The notes: generated from the letters alone by a model not told the origin. A stretch of DNA of 63,103 bases from Bacteroidaceae bacterium (GCA_963613145.1 CAVDXW010000001.1:1-63103), one strand, 5' to 3'. Shown: positions 12,627 through 23,316, counted from the stretch's first letter. Numbers and translations are program-made.

Positions 12627-12953
12627 ATGGCAAATCGGGTAACAATGACCATTTGCGGCACGGAGTACATCCTCGTGGCGGAGGAGGACGCCGCCTACAT
12701 GGAGAGGATCGGCGGGATGGTGGACGCGGAGATGAAAAGCCTGATGGACGCCGCCCACATGAGCCGCGACGCGGCGGCAGTGCTGACGGCGGTGAATTTC
12801 GCCGACCAGCTCGCCAAGGCGCAGGACAGCGCGGAGAATCTGCGCCGTCAGGTCAAGACCTATCTGGATGAGGCGAGCCGCGCCAAGAACGAAGCATCCG
12901 AGCTGCGCCGCAAGCTGCAAAACGCGCAGAACCAGAATAACCGCCGCGGATGA
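12627..12953 (+). CDS. zapA: cell division protein ZapA
   Basis: VTMTICGTEY...AAVLTAVNFAD plus coiled coil; RBS AAGGAGG. Confidence 0.85.
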   Translation: MANRVTMTICGTEYILVAEEDAAYMERIGGMVDAEMKSLMDAAHMSRDAAAVLTAVNFADQLAKAQDSAENLRRQVKTYLDEASRAKNEASELRRKLQNAQNQNNRRG

Positions 12954-15031
12954 TGGAGCTTCTGTCTCCCGCGGGAGGGGTTGACGCGCTGGTCGCCGCC
13001 GTACAGAGCGGTGCGGACGCGGTGTATATGGGCTTCGGTGCGTTCAATGCGCGGCGGAGCGCGAGGAATTTTACCGACGAGGAATTTGCGTCGGCGGTGC
13101 GGTACTGCCATCTGCGCGGGGTGCGGGTATTCCTGACGCTGAACACGCTGGTGACGGATCGCGAGCTGCCGCAGGCGGCGGAGGCACTGCGCCGCGCCAA
13201 CGCCATGGGCGTGGACGCGGTGCTCGTGCAGGACTGGGGACTTCTGACGCTGGCAAAGGAGATCGTCCCCGACCTGCCCCTCCACGCCAGCACACAGATG
13301 AGCCTTTTCACGCGGGGCGGGGCGAACGCCGCCGCCCAACTGGGCATGGAGCGCGTGGTGCTGGCGCGGGAACTGAATCGCGATGAGGTCGCGGAGATAT
13401 GCGCGGGGTGCAGGGCGGAGATTGAGGTCTTCGGCCACGGCGCACTGTGCATGTGCTATTCGGGACAGTGCGAGATGAGCGCGGTGCTGGGGCAGCGCAG
13501 CGGCAATCGCGGCGCGTGTGCCCAGCCGTGCCGATTGCCCTACGGCGTGAACGCACCGTGCGGGAATGCCTACCCGCTGAGCCTGAAGGACGCGAATCTG
13601 TCCGTGTACCTGCATGACATGGAAGCCATCGGCGTGGACTGCCTGAAGATAGAGGGTCGGATGAAACGCCCCGAATATGTCGCCGTGGTGACGGGCATCT
13701 ACCGCCGTCTGCTGGATGAAAGGCGGCTGCCCACGGCGGCAGAATCTGCCGCACTGGAGCAGGCGTTCTCGCGCAGCGGCTTCACGGACGGCTACTGGCG
13801 CGGCAAAAAGGGCAAGGCCATGTTCGGCACACGCCCCGAGGGTCTGCCGGAGCCGAAGGAGCTGTTCGCCAAAGCACGCACGGTCTACGAAAACGGCAAG
13901 GAAAACCGAAGGATACCCGTCAACCTCCACCTGACGGTGAAGCGCGGCGAACCGGTGCGGCTGGGCGGCTCCTGCGCCGTCCGCAATGGCGTGACCATGG
14001 TCTTGGCCACAGGCGGGGTGCCGGAGGAGGCGCGAAGCCGCTCCGTGACGGAGGAGGAGCTGCGCCGGCGGCTGGACAGGACGGGCGGCACGGTGTTCAC
14101 GGCGGATAGCATCGAAATAGAACTGGACGAGGGGCTGATGGTCTCCGCCGGAGCGGTCAACGGCCTGCGGCGCGAGCTGCTGGACGAGCTGGCGGCGCAG
14201 CGGCAGGAGATCCCCGTACGGCGGGAGCTGCCCGCCTCCCCCCTGCCCGAACCGCCGCAGGGCGCGGAGCACATGGACTTCACCGTCTCCGTCAGCCGCG
14301 CCGAGCAGATAACGGAGGCATTGCTGGCGGAAAAGCCCGCCATCGTGTATATCCCCATTGAGGAGCTGGACAAGCTGAACCTGTCCGCGTACAGCGGCGA
14401 AGCGGAGCTGTGCGCGGTACTGCCGCGTGTGTTCCGCACGGCGGACGAAAAGCCGCTGCGGGAGATTTTGGCACGGCACACGGAGGTATCCTCCGTGACG
14501 ATTGGGAATTTAGGCCATCTCACCATCGCGGAGGGGCTGGGCAAGCGTCTGCGCGGGGACTTCGGGCTGAATATCTACAACAGCCGCGCCGTGCGATTCT
14601 GGCGGGAGCGGGGCTTGGACTCCGTGACCGTCAGCTTCGAGCTGCGCTGGCAGCAGGTACGGGGCTTGGGCAAGTACGCGCCCTGCGAGGCCATCCTCTA
14701 CGGGCATCTGCCGCTGATGGTCACGGAAAACTGCGTGACGCGCTGCGGCGTGGGCTGCACCCACGGCGCGGGCAGCGTCCTCACCGACCGCAGGGGCGCA
14801 CGCTTCCCCGTGCTGTGCACCTACGGCTGCCGCTGCGAGATAGAAAACGGCAAGGTGCTGGTGCTGGCGGATAAGCCGGAGATCTTCCGCTGCGGCCTGC
14901 GCTACGGGCGGCTGCGCTTCACGACGGAGAGCCCCGCAGAGTGCGCGGCGATACTGCGGGCGCACAAGGCGGGAACCATTGCCGCCGATGAGAGCAGCAC
15001 AAGAGGTCTGTTCTATCGCGGCGTGGAGTGA
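12950..15031 (+). CDS. U32 family protein with DUF3656 (RlhA-like RNA hydroxylase)
   Basis: ELLSPAG, HGALCMCYSGQC, NRGACAQPCR, LKIEGRMK. Confidence 0.88.
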   Translation: MMELLSPAGGVDALVAAVQSGADAVYMGFGAFNARRSARNFTDEEFASAVRYCHLRGVRVFLTLNTLVTDRELPQAAEALRRANAMGVDAVLVQDWGLLTLAKEIVPDLPLHASTQMSLFTRGGANAAAQLGMERVVLARELNRDEVAEICAGCRAEIEVFGHGALCMCYSGQCEMSAVLGQRSGNRGACAQPCRLPYGVNAPCGNAYPLSLKDANLSVYLHDMEAIGVDCLKIEGRMKRPEYVAVVTGIYRRLLDERRLPTAAESAALEQAFSRSGFTDGYWRGKKGKAMFGTRPEGLPEPKELFAKARTVYENGKENRRIPVNLHLTVKRGEPVRLGGSCAVRNGVTMVLATGGVPEEARSRSVTEEELRRRLDRTGGTVFTADSIEIELDEGLMVSAGAVNGLRRELLDELAAQRQEIPVRRELPASPLPEPPQGAEHMDFTVSVSRAEQITEALLAEKPAIVYIPIEELDKLNLSAYSGEAELCAVLPRVFRTADEKPLREILARHTEVSSVTIGNLGHLTIAEGLGKRLRGDFGLNIYNSRAVRFWRERGLDSVTVSFELRWQQVRGLGKYAPCEAILYGHLPLMVTENCVTRCGVGCTHGAGSVLTDRRGARFPVLCTYGCRCEIENGKVLVLADKPEIFRCGLRYGRLRFTTESPAECAAILRAHKAGTIAADESSTRGLFYRGVE

Positions 15032-15142
15032 AAAAGAGCCTGCTGCCTCCGTCATTCCGAGCCGGTGGCCGCTTTTAAACTCCCCGTAATTTTTGTTTTA
15101 TATTATACCATTCGTATTGTATTTAAGGAGTAAAACACCACT

Positions 15143-15592
15143 ATGGAGCTGAAAATCAAGCCTCTGTCCCCGAAAATCGGGACGGAGATACCCCTGCCGA
15201 AATTCGCCACCGAGGGTGCGGCGTGTATGGATCTGTGCGCCTGCACAGACGCGGCGGTGACGCTGAACGCCGGTGAACGGCGGCTCATCCCGACAGGTAT
15301 CGCCATTGCGCTGCCGTCGGCAGAATATGCTGCGCTGGTGTTCGCCCGCAGCGGGCTGGGCATCAGGAAGGGCGTATGCCTGAGCAACGGCGTGGGGGTC
15401 ATCGACAGCGACTATCGCGGCGAGATCGGTGTGGGACTGGTGAACCTCGGCGGCGAGCCTTACACCGTGCAGCCCGGCGACCGCATTGCGCAGCTGATGG
15501 TCGTGCCCGTGGTGCAGCCCACGCTGACGCTGACGGATGACCTGGACGAGACGGAGCGCGGCGCGGGCGGCTTCGGCTCGACAGGCAGGTGA
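15143..15592 (+). CDS. dut: dUTP diphosphatase
   Basis: ARSGLG, GVIDSDYRGEI, RGAGGFGSTG motifs. Confidence 0.97.
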   Translation: MELKIKPLSPKIGTEIPLPKFATEGAACMDLCACTDAAVTLNAGERRLIPTGIAIALPSAEYAALVFARSGLGIRKGVCLSNGVGVIDSDYRGEIGVGLVNLGGEPYTVQPGDRIAQLMVVPVVQPTLTLTDDLDETERGAGGFGSTGR

Positions 15593-15597
15593 CGGAG

Positions 15598-16170
15598 ATG
15601 GCAAAAATCGTGCTGGCCTCCGCCTCCCCCCGTCGGCAGGAGCTGCTGCGCCGGATAGGCATTCGTGACTTCTCCGTCCGTGTGCCGCAGGTGGAGGAAG
15701 CCTTCCCCGACGGCCTGACGCCGCAGGAGACGGTGTGCCATATCTCGCGGGAAAAGTCGGCGGCCGTGGTGTCGGCGGAGGACGAGCTCGTCATCACGGC
15801 GGACACGATGGTCTTTCTCGACGACCGCAAGCTCGGCAAGCCCGCTGACGAAGCGGAGGCTCTGCGGATGCTGACGGCCTTACAGGGTCGGCACCACACG
15901 GTGTGTACCGGCGTGACGGTGCGGCAGGGGGAAAAATCCCTCACCCGCGCACAGACCACGGAGGTATACTTCCGTCCCGCCACGGAGCGGGAGCTGCGCG
16001 CCTATATCGCCGCAGGCGAGCCGATGGACAAGGCGGGAGCCTACGGCGTACAGGGACAGGGTGCGCTGCTGGTGGAGCGCATCAACGGGGATTTCTTCAA
16101 TGTGATGGGTCTGCCGGTGGTGCTGCTGAGTGAAATGCTGGCGGACTTCGGCGTTACATTATTAGGTTGA
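15598..16170 (+). CDS. maf: Maf-family nucleoside triphosphate pyrophosphatase
   Basis: IVLASASPRRQELL, DKAGAYGVQG, NVMGLP. Confidence 0.95.
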   Translation: MAKIVLASASPRRQELLRRIGIRDFSVRVPQVEEAFPDGLTPQETVCHISREKSAAVVSAEDELVITADTMVFLDDRKLGKPADEAEALRMLTALQGRHHTVCTGVTVRQGEKSLTRAQTTEVYFRPATERELRAYIAAGEPMDKAGAYGVQGQGALLVERINGDFFNVMGLPVVLLSEMLADFGVTLLG

Positions 16171-16186
16171 TACAGGGGTACACCCA

Positions 16187-17026
16187 ATGAAGCGATTTTT
16201 TACAAAAACGGGAATATGGCTGCTGGCAGCGGCGGCGACCATTGCGGTGATACTGTGCGTGGTGTCGGCTCTCGGCTCCGGCACGGGACTGGTGCGCAAC
16301 GCGCTGGGCGTGATCGCCTCGCCGTTTCGTTCGGCGGGCGCGGCGGTAAGCGGGTGGGTCGGCGGCATTGCCAACCACTTCGAGAGCGTGGAGACCCTAC
16401 AGCAGGAGAACGAGGAGCTGCGCGGGCAGATAGCGGAGCTGGAGGAACAGCTCCGTGCGGCACAGCCCGCAGCGGAGGAGAACAGCCGCCTCCGCGAGCT
16501 GCTGGGACTGCGCCAGCAGCGCAGCGACCTGCAATTCGAGGCGGCGCATGTCACGCAGCGCGAGGTTTCCAACTGGGCGAGCACGCTGGTGCTCGACAGG
16601 GGTACGGAGCACGGCGTGGCCGTGGGCAACTGCGCGGTGGACAGCACCGGCGCGCTGGCGGGCGTGGTGACGGAGGCAGGGCTGAACTGGTGCCGCCTTG
16701 CCACGGTGCTGGACACGGAATCGCAGTTCGGCGCAGCGGTGTTCCGCACGGGCGAGACTGCCGTTGCCGGCGGCGAGCTGTCGCTGATGAGCGAGGGCAA
16801 GCTGCGCCTGCAATACCTCACGGACAGCACCAGCCTCATCAAGGGCGACATCGTTGTCACCTCCGGCCTCGGCGGGTACTATCCCGCCGGACTGGTCATC
16901 GGCACGGTGGACGCGGTGCAGACGGATGACGGCGGTCTGGCGCGGTACGCGGTGCTGACGCCGAAATGCGATGTCGAGCACACGCAGGAGCTGTTTATCA
17001 TCACGGACTTTGATGTGATACAGTGA
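16187..17026 (+). CDS. mreC: rod shape-determining protein MreC
   Basis: N-terminal TM, coiled coil ENSRLRELL, GDIVVTSGLGGYYPAGLVIG. Confidence 0.93.
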   Translation: MKRFFTKTGIWLLAAAATIAVILCVVSALGSGTGLVRNALGVIASPFRSAGAAVSGWVGGIANHFESVETLQQENEELRGQIAELEEQLRAAQPAAEENSRLRELLGLRQQRSDLQFEAAHVTQREVSNWASTLVLDRGTEHGVAVGNCAVDSTGALAGVVTEAGLNWCRLATVLDTESQFGAAVFRTGETAVAGGELSLMSEGKLRLQYLTDSTSLIKGDIVVTSGLGGYYPAGLVIGTVDAVQTDDGGLARYAVLTPKCDVEHTQELFIITDFDVIQ

Positions 17027-17038
17027 CGGAGGACGGCT

Positions 17039-17548
17039 ATGACACGGCGCGCTATCGTGATAAAATGGATACTGTACTGTCTGTGTGCCCTGCTGCTGGG
17101 GCTGGTGCAGACGCAGGTGCTGATACACATTAAGGTGTGGGGCGTTCACCCGTTTCTGCTGCCCGCCATTGCGGTGATACCCGTGACGCTGGAGCGAAAC
17201 GAACAGGCTCTCATCTACGCGGTGTTCTTCGGCATCGTGTGCGACCTGCTGTCCCCTGTGGCGGGGCTGCCGTGCTTCTACGCGCTGGCGTTCTGCCTCG
17301 GCGCGGCGGTCGCGTGGATGCTCGGCGGGCAGGTCATTGTGGCCGGGCCGGTGTGCTCACTGGCGGCAACGGCGGCGGCCATGCTGGTGTGCGGACTCCT
17401 GCACCTGCTGGTGCTGGCCGGTGGGCAAAACGCCTCACTGCCGGCGGCAGCCCTGCTGCTGGGTCGGGAGCTGCTGTTGACGCTGCCCTTTGCGGCAGCG
17501 TCACATCCGCTGCTGCGCTGGGTGCAGCAGCGAACACAGAGCGATTGA
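17039..17548 (+). CDS. mreD: rod shape-determining protein MreD
   Basis: polytopic membrane protein (FFGIVCDLL) between mreC and PBP2. Confidence 0.75.
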   Translation: MTRRAIVIKWILYCLCALLLGLVQTQVLIHIKVWGVHPFLLPAIAVIPVTLERNEQALIYAVFFGIVCDLLSPVAGLPCFYALAFCLGAAVAWMLGGQVIVAGPVCSLAATAAAMLVCGLLHLLVLAGGQNASLPAAALLLGRELLLTLPFAAASHPLLRWVQQRTQSD

Positions 17549-17579
17549 GACGGAAAAGGAGCTCATAGGAGAAACCGTT

Positions 17580-19610
17580 ATGATGAAGAATCCCCATCCC
17601 GCCAAGCGGCGGCTATATATGCTCTCGGGCTTTTTCGGCGCATTTATCCTGCTGTTCTTCGCCGTACTGTACCACGAACAGGTGATACACGGCACCGAAA
17701 ACCGCGCCAAATCCATCAGCAGCAACACGACCAGCGAAACGGTGACGGCCTCACGCGGCACGATCACCGACAGAAACGGCAAGGTGCTGGTCAGCAACCG
17801 CCTTGCCTACACGCTGGTGCTGGACAAGAGCAGCTTCGGCAAGGACGAGAGTGCGCTGAACGCGGCGATACTGCGCCTTATCGAGCTGTGTCAGGCGCAG
17901 GACACGGCGTGGAACGACACGCTTCCCATGACCACGGGCGGTGTACCGACACTGACCTCCAAGAGCCGTTCGGACAGCTTCAAGAAATATCTTACCGACA
18001 ACAAGCTGCCGACAGACGCCACGAACGCGGAGCTTTTCGCCGCCATGCGCAAGCTCTATAGCATCGACGAAGGTCTGAGCAACACGCAGGCGCGGCTGGT
18101 GGTCGGCGTGCGCTACGAGCTGGACGGCCGCAGCAGCTATACCTTCGCGGAGGATGTGTCCACGGAGCTGCTGAGCCTTATCACGGACGGAAACTATCAG
18201 GGCGTGACCATCAAGACGGCGGCGGCGCGTGTCTACAACACGAAGCTGGCGGCGCATATTCTCGGCACGGTGGGCGCGATCTGGCAGGAGGAGTGGAGCA
18301 GCGACGAGAGCACGGGCTATGTCGGCTACGCCGACAAGGGCTATAACATGAACGACCTTGTCGGCAAGGACGGCGTGGAAAAGGCGTTTGAGGAGTACCT
18401 GCACGGCAAGGACGGGCGGCGGCTCATCACCACGGACGAAAACGGCAAGATAACGGGCGAGCTTTACACCCGCGAGCCGCAGCCCGGCGGCACGGTGGCA
18501 CTGACGCTGGACATTGATTTGCAGCAGGTCGTGGAGGACACGCTCACCGAGACGATACAGGGCATGGTGGACAAGGACAGCAACGAGCGCGGCGGCGCGG
18601 CGGTCGTCATCGAGGTCGGCACGGGCGAGGTGCTGGCCTGCGCCAGCTATCCCACCTACGACCTTGAAACCTTTAATCAGGACTATACGGAGCTGGCCTC
18701 TGACGAGCGGCTGCCCATGTTCAACCGCGCCACGCAGGGGATCTACGCCCCCGGCTCCACCTTCAAGCTGTGTACCTCCGTTGCTGCGCTGGAGGAGGGC
18801 ATCATCACCCCCAGCACCATCATCGAGGACAGGGGCATCTACACCTATTACAAGGATCCCCAGCCGATGTGCTGGATCTGGCGGCAGGCGGGCATGACGC
18901 ACGGACGCATCAATGTCAGTCAGGCCATCGTGGATTCCTGCAACTACTTCTTCTACGAGGTCGGGCGGCTGACAGGCATCGCCAAGCTGGACGAATACGC
19001 CACCGCCTTCGGCCTCGGCCAGCACACGGGCATCGAAATCGGGGACGCGAGCGGCGTTCTCGCCTCGCCGGAGTGGGCGGAGGCGAACGACCGCGAGTGG
19101 ACGGACGGCCAGACCATCACCGCTGCCATCGGCCAGTCCTATAACCTGTTCACCCCCATCCAGCTTGCCAACTATGTGGCCACGCTGGTATCCGGCGGCG
19201 AGCACTACGAGGCGCATCTGTTGAAATCCGTTAAGTCCTACGATAATTCGCGAATTATCGCCGTTTACGACAAGGAGCCGCTGAACGACATGGAGCTGTC
19301 CGCCTCCACGCTTGCGGCCGTCACAAAGGGTATGCACGACCTGACCTACGATTCCCTGCGCAGCGCGTTTTCCCGCTGTGTGGTGGAGGCGGGCGCAAAG
19401 ACCGGCTCGGCGCAGGTGGGCACGGACATTGCCAACGGCACCTTCGTGGCCTACGCGCCCTACGATGACCCCGAGATCGCCATCGCCATCGTGGTGGAGA
19501 AGGGCGGCAGCGGCAGTCTGCTGGCCAATGCCGCCGTGGACATCATCAATGCGTGGTTCACCCGTGACGGCAGCACCACCGCCGCGGGCGAGAACACGCT
19601 GCTTCCGTGA
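17580..19610 (+). CDS. mrdA: penicillin-binding protein 2 (class B)
   Basis: RGTITDRNG, STFK (SxxK), SCN (SxN), KTG motifs. Confidence 0.92.
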   Translation: MMKNPHPAKRRLYMLSGFFGAFILLFFAVLYHEQVIHGTENRAKSISSNTTSETVTASRGTITDRNGKVLVSNRLAYTLVLDKSSFGKDESALNAAILRLIELCQAQDTAWNDTLPMTTGGVPTLTSKSRSDSFKKYLTDNKLPTDATNAELFAAMRKLYSIDEGLSNTQARLVVGVRYELDGRSSYTFAEDVSTELLSLITDGNYQGVTIKTAAARVYNTKLAAHILGTVGAIWQEEWSSDESTGYVGYADKGYNMNDLVGKDGVEKAFEEYLHGKDGRRLITTDENGKITGELYTREPQPGGTVALTLDIDLQQVVEDTLTETIQGMVDKDSNERGGAAVVIEVGTGEVLACASYPTYDLETFNQDYTELASDERLPMFNRATQGIYAPGSTFKLCTSVAALEEGIITPSTIIEDRGIYTYYKDPQPMCWIWRQAGMTHGRINVSQAIVDSCNYFFYEVGRLTGIAKLDEYATAFGLGQHTGIEIGDASGVLASPEWAEANDREWTDGQTITAAIGQSYNLFTPIQLANYVATLVSGGEHYEAHLLKSVKSYDNSRIIAVYDKEPLNDMELSASTLAAVTKGMHDLTYDSLRSAFSRCVVEAGAKTGSAQVGTDIANGTFVAYAPYDDPEIAIAIVVEKGGSGSLLANAAVDIINAWFTRDGSTTAAGENTLLP

Positions 19611-19620
19611 GGTGCGTATA

Positions 19621-21459
19621 ATGCCATTTTTCGATTCGCGTGACACGCGGTATAAGGACCCGTTCGGTGCATCGGAGACCGGCGCACGGATACGCTTTGC
19701 CCTGCGGGACGAAGTCTACTACGGCTGCGAGCTGCTGGTACTGCGGGAGTTTGCGGGCGTGGAGGACATCTGCGCCCTGCCGCCCGCCGAGGGTGGCTTT
19801 GCCGGGGAGTACACCGCACCCGCCGAGGGCGAGCTGTGCTGGTACGCCTTCCGCCTGACGGACGGAGACGGGCGGCAGGTCTGGTTCGGCAAAAACGGCC
19901 TTCAGGACACGCCGGAGAAGCTGTCGCCCTGGCAGCTCACGGTGTACGAGCCCTCCCCCACCCCGTCATGGTTCGGTGAGGGCGTGACCTATCAGATCTT
20001 TCCCGACCGCTTCCGCCGTGTCGCACTGCCCGATGTGTCGCACATGGTGGGACGGCGGTGGCTGCACGAAAATTGGGACGATGCGCCCGTCTATCTGCCG
20101 GAGGAAAACGGCGAGATCACCAACCGCGACTTCTTCGGCGGTTCGCTTGCGGGCATCACGGAGAAGCTGGACTACCTGCAAGGGCTGGGCGTAACTACCC
20201 TGTACCTCAATCCCATCTTCGAGGCCGCCAGCAACCACCGCTACGACACGGCGGACTACCGCGCCATCGACCCCCTGCTGGGGACAGAGGACGATCTGCG
20301 CGCCCTGTGCCGCGAAGCGCATGAGCGCGGGATGCGTGTGCTGCTGGACGGTGTGTTCAACCACACGGGCAGCAACAGTCGCTACTTCAACGCCGAGGGC
20401 TTCTATCCCGATCTCGGCGCGGCGCAGAGCGAATCGTCGCCCTACTACGGCTGGTACAGCTTCCACCCGTGGCCGTCGCAGTACGATGCATGGTGGGGTG
20501 TGCGGACACTGCCCGCCGTGAACGAGGAGCGGGCGGACTACCGCGCCTTCATCTTCGGCGGTGGGGACAGCGTGGTGCGCCGCTGGCTGCGCTGCGGCGC
20601 GGACGGCTGGCGGCTCGATGTTGCCGATGAGCTGCCCGACGACTTCATTACAGGCATCCGCCGCGCCATCGAGGACGAAAAGCCGGACGGATACCTGCTG
20701 GGCGAGGTCTGGGAGGACGGCAGCAGCAAGATCGCCTACTCCCAGCGGCGGCGGTATCTGCTGGGGCACGAGACGCACGGCCTGATGAACTATCCGTTCC
20801 GCACGGCTCTTCTGGCGTGGCTGGGCGGCGGCAGTGCCGCCGACTTCCGCGAGAGCATGGAGACGCTGCGCGAGAACTACCCGCCCGCAGCGTTCTGCGG
20901 CGCAATGAACTTCCTCGGCACGCACGACACGCCGCGCATTCTGACGCTGCTGGGCGCAGAGAGCACGCCGCAGACGAAGCGGGATCGGGCGGCGTACCGC
21001 CTCTCCCCTGCCGAGCTGACGCGGGGGCTGCAACGGCTACGCCTTGCGGCCATGCTGCTCTACAGCTTCCCCGGCTCGCCCACGGTGTTCTACGGGGACG
21101 AGGCGGGTATGCAGGGCTTCGAGGATCCCCTCAACCGCTGCACCTTCCCATGGGGACGGGAGAACGAATCGTTGACCGCGTTCTTCCGCACACTGGGCAG
21201 GCTGCGCACGGAGCGTACGAGCCTGCGGCGCGGCGCACTGCGGTACCTGTACGCCGAGGGCGGCGGGCTGGTCATCGAGCGGCAGAGCGACAGCGAGCGC
21301 ACGGTGACGGCGTTGAACGCGGGAGCCTCTCCCCTGCCGCTGACACTGGCATGGGACGCGCCGCTTGCCACGGATGCCGTGACGGGACAGCGATTTTTGA
21401 CCGTCGGCGGGCAGGTACGCCTGACGATGCCGCCGCTGGACGGCGTGGTGCTGGTTTGA
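19621..21459 (+). CDS. glycoside hydrolase family 13 (neopullulanase/cyclomaltodextrinase-like)
   Basis: YQIFPDRF, DGVFNH, GWRLDVADE, GEVW, NFLGTHD. Confidence 0.93.
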   Translation: MPFFDSRDTRYKDPFGASETGARIRFALRDEVYYGCELLVLREFAGVEDICALPPAEGGFAGEYTAPAEGELCWYAFRLTDGDGRQVWFGKNGLQDTPEKLSPWQLTVYEPSPTPSWFGEGVTYQIFPDRFRRVALPDVSHMVGRRWLHENWDDAPVYLPEENGEITNRDFFGGSLAGITEKLDYLQGLGVTTLYLNPIFEAASNHRYDTADYRAIDPLLGTEDDLRALCREAHERGMRVLLDGVFNHTGSNSRYFNAEGFYPDLGAAQSESSPYYGWYSFHPWPSQYDAWWGVRTLPAVNEERADYRAFIFGGGDSVVRRWLRCGADGWRLDVADELPDDFITGIRRAIEDEKPDGYLLGEVWEDGSSKIAYSQRRRYLLGHETHGLMNYPFRTALLAWLGGGSAADFRESMETLRENYPPAAFCGAMNFLGTHDTPRILTLLGAESTPQTKRDRAAYRLSPAELTRGLQRLRLAAMLLYSFPGSPTVFYGDEAGMQGFEDPLNRCTFPWGRENESLTAFFRTLGRLRTERTSLRRGALRYLYAEGGGLVIERQSDSERTVTALNAGASPLPLTLAWDAPLATDAVTGQRFLTVGGQVRLTMPPLDGVVLV

Positions 21460-21469
21460 TGAGAGCGGA

Positions 21470-21485
21470 TGTTTCACATGAAACA
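21470..21485. promoter_or_regulatory. parS: parS site 1 (inside terminator-like hairpin)
   Basis: TGTTTCACATGAAACA, one mismatch to TGTTNCACGTGAAACA. Confidence 0.9.
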
Positions 21486-21508
21486 TCCGCTTTTTTCGTA
21501 TCCTCCCA

Positions 21509-21524
21509 TGTTTCACATGAAACA
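21509..21524. promoter_or_regulatory. parS: parS site 2
   Basis: TGTTTCACATGAAACA upstream of parA. Confidence 0.9.
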
Positions 21525-21615
21525 TTCCGTAAATTTTGCGCATTTCCTCTTGCAACCAAGGCGGCGCATGGTATATACTATTGTATTGAAGTAAGATAAG
21601 AAAGAGGAAGCTACC

Positions 21616-22374
21616 GTGGCGAAAATCATTGCGATTGTGAATCAAAAGGGTGGCGTGGGCAAGACCACCACCTGTGTGAATCTCGCCGCCGCCGTCAAAG
21701 CATCGGGCAAGCGGGTGCTGCTGTGCGACTTCGACCCGCAGGCCAACGCCACCAGCGGCATGGGCGTGGACAAGACTGCCGGCAACGGCGTGTATGACGC
21801 GCTAATCAACGGGGTGAAGACCGCCGATGTCATCATCTCCACCCCCTACGGCGATGTGCTGCCCAGCAGCAAAGCTCTTGCCGGCGCGGGCGTGGAGCTC
21901 ATCAATATGCAGGATAGGCAGTTCCTGCTCAAGGCCGCGCTGCGGCAGGTGGCAGACGAATACGACTTCATCTTCATCGACTGCCCGCCCTCGCTGGAGC
22001 TGCTGACGCTGAACGCGCTGTGCGCCGCAAACAGCCTGCTCGTGCCCGTGCAGGGCGAATACTACGCACTGGAGGGCTTGAGCGATTTGATGAACACCGT
22101 GCGCATCGTGCGGCGGAGCATGAACCCCTCTCTTGACATCGAGGGTGTGCTGCTGACGATGTTTGACGGGCGGACAAATCTCAGCATACAGGTAGCGCAG
22201 GAGCTCAAGCGGTTTTTTACCGGCAAGGTATACAGCACCGTGATACCGCGCAATGTGCGGCTGAGCGAGGCTCCCAGCCACGGCAAGCCCATCAACGCCT
22301 ACGACCGCACCTGCCGCGGCGCGGAGGCATATGCATCACTGGCGACGGAATTCCTGCGCAAGAACAACTGCTGA
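21616..22374 (+). CDS. parA: chromosome partitioning ATPase Soj/ParA
   Basis: NQKGGVGKTT, DPQANATSG, DCPPSL, PRNVRLSEAPSHG. Confidence 0.97.
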   Translation: MAKIIAIVNQKGGVGKTTTCVNLAAAVKASGKRVLLCDFDPQANATSGMGVDKTAGNGVYDALINGVKTADVIISTPYGDVLPSSKALAGAGVELINMQDRQFLLKAALRQVADEYDFIFIDCPPSLELLTLNALCAANSLLVPVQGEYYALEGLSDLMNTVRIVRRSMNPSLDIEGVLLTMFDGRTNLSIQVAQELKRFFTGKVYSTVIPRNVRLSEAPSHGKPINAYDRTCRGAEAYASLATEFLRKNNC

Positions 22375-22387
22375 AAGGAGACGCGGT

Positions 22388-23248
22388 ATGGCGAATATGA
22401 AAGGTTTGGGCAAGGGTCTTGGTGCGCTGCTGGGCGACGATGTGATCGCCGCCAATGAAGAAAGCTCCACCCTGCAATTGCCCATCAGTCAGGTGGAAAG
22501 CTGCTCCTCTCAGCCCAGAAAGAGCTTCGAGCCGGAGGCTCTGAGCGATCTGGCGGACTCCATACGGCTGCACGGCATCATCCAGCCGCTGACCGTGCGC
22601 AAGCTGCAAAGCGGCTACTATCAGATCATCGCCGGTGAACGGCGGTGGCGGGCGGCGCGGATGGCGGGTCTGACCCATGTACCGGCCGTGGTCATCGAGG
22701 CGGACGACCGCAAGGCCATGGAGCTGGCCATGATAGAAAACCTACAGCGTGAGGATCTGAACCCCATCGAGGAGGCCGAGGGCTATCGCGCGCTGACCGA
22801 GCAGTACGGCATGACGCAGGAGGAGTGTGCGCAGCGTGTCGGCAAGTCCCGCCCGACGGTTGCCAACGCGCTGCGCCTGCTGGGGCTGAACGAGTCGGTG
22901 CGCGCCATGGTGGAGGACGGGCGGCTCTCCGCAGGACACGCCCGTGCGCTGCTGATGCTCGGCACAAGGCAGCAGCAGGCGGCGGCTGAAACCGTGGTCA
23001 AGGACGCGCTTTCCGTGCGGCAGACGGAGCTTTTGGTAAAAAAACTCACCGCCGAAAAAAAAGAGAAGCCCCAAAAGGACGCGCTTTCCGTCAATTATGT
23101 TGAGGAGGCCGCCCGCGAGCTGGGCGAAAAATTAGGCCGCCCGTGCCGCATTGTCAACGGCAGGCGAAAGGGGCGCGTGGAGCTGGAATACTACGGCACG
23201 GACGATTTGAACGCCCTGCTGGAGGCATTGGAGAAGCTGGGGCGGTAA
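22388..23248 (+). CDS. parB: chromosome partitioning protein Spo0J/ParB
   Basis: KGLGKGLGAL N-terminus, IIAGERRWRA, ENLQREDLNPIEEA. Confidence 0.97.
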   Translation: MANMKGLGKGLGALLGDDVIAANEESSTLQLPISQVESCSSQPRKSFEPEALSDLADSIRLHGIIQPLTVRKLQSGYYQIIAGERRWRAARMAGLTHVPAVVIEADDRKAMELAMIENLQREDLNPIEEAEGYRALTEQYGMTQEECAQRVGKSRPTVANALRLLGLNESVRAMVEDGRLSAGHARALLMLGTRQQQAAAETVVKDALSVRQTELLVKKLTAEKKEKPQKDALSVNYVEEAARELGEKLGRPCRIVNGRRKGRVELEYYGTDDLNALLEALEKLGR

Positions 23249-23252
23249 GAGA

Positions 23253-23268
23253 TGTTTCATGTGAAACA
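23253..23268. promoter_or_regulatory. parS: parS site 3
   Basis: TGTTTCATGTGAAACA immediately after parB stop. Confidence 0.9.
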
Positions 23269-23316
23269 CTCCCCTCCCCTATCGCACAGATATTTATCTA
23301 GAGAGGTAAAAGCAAT

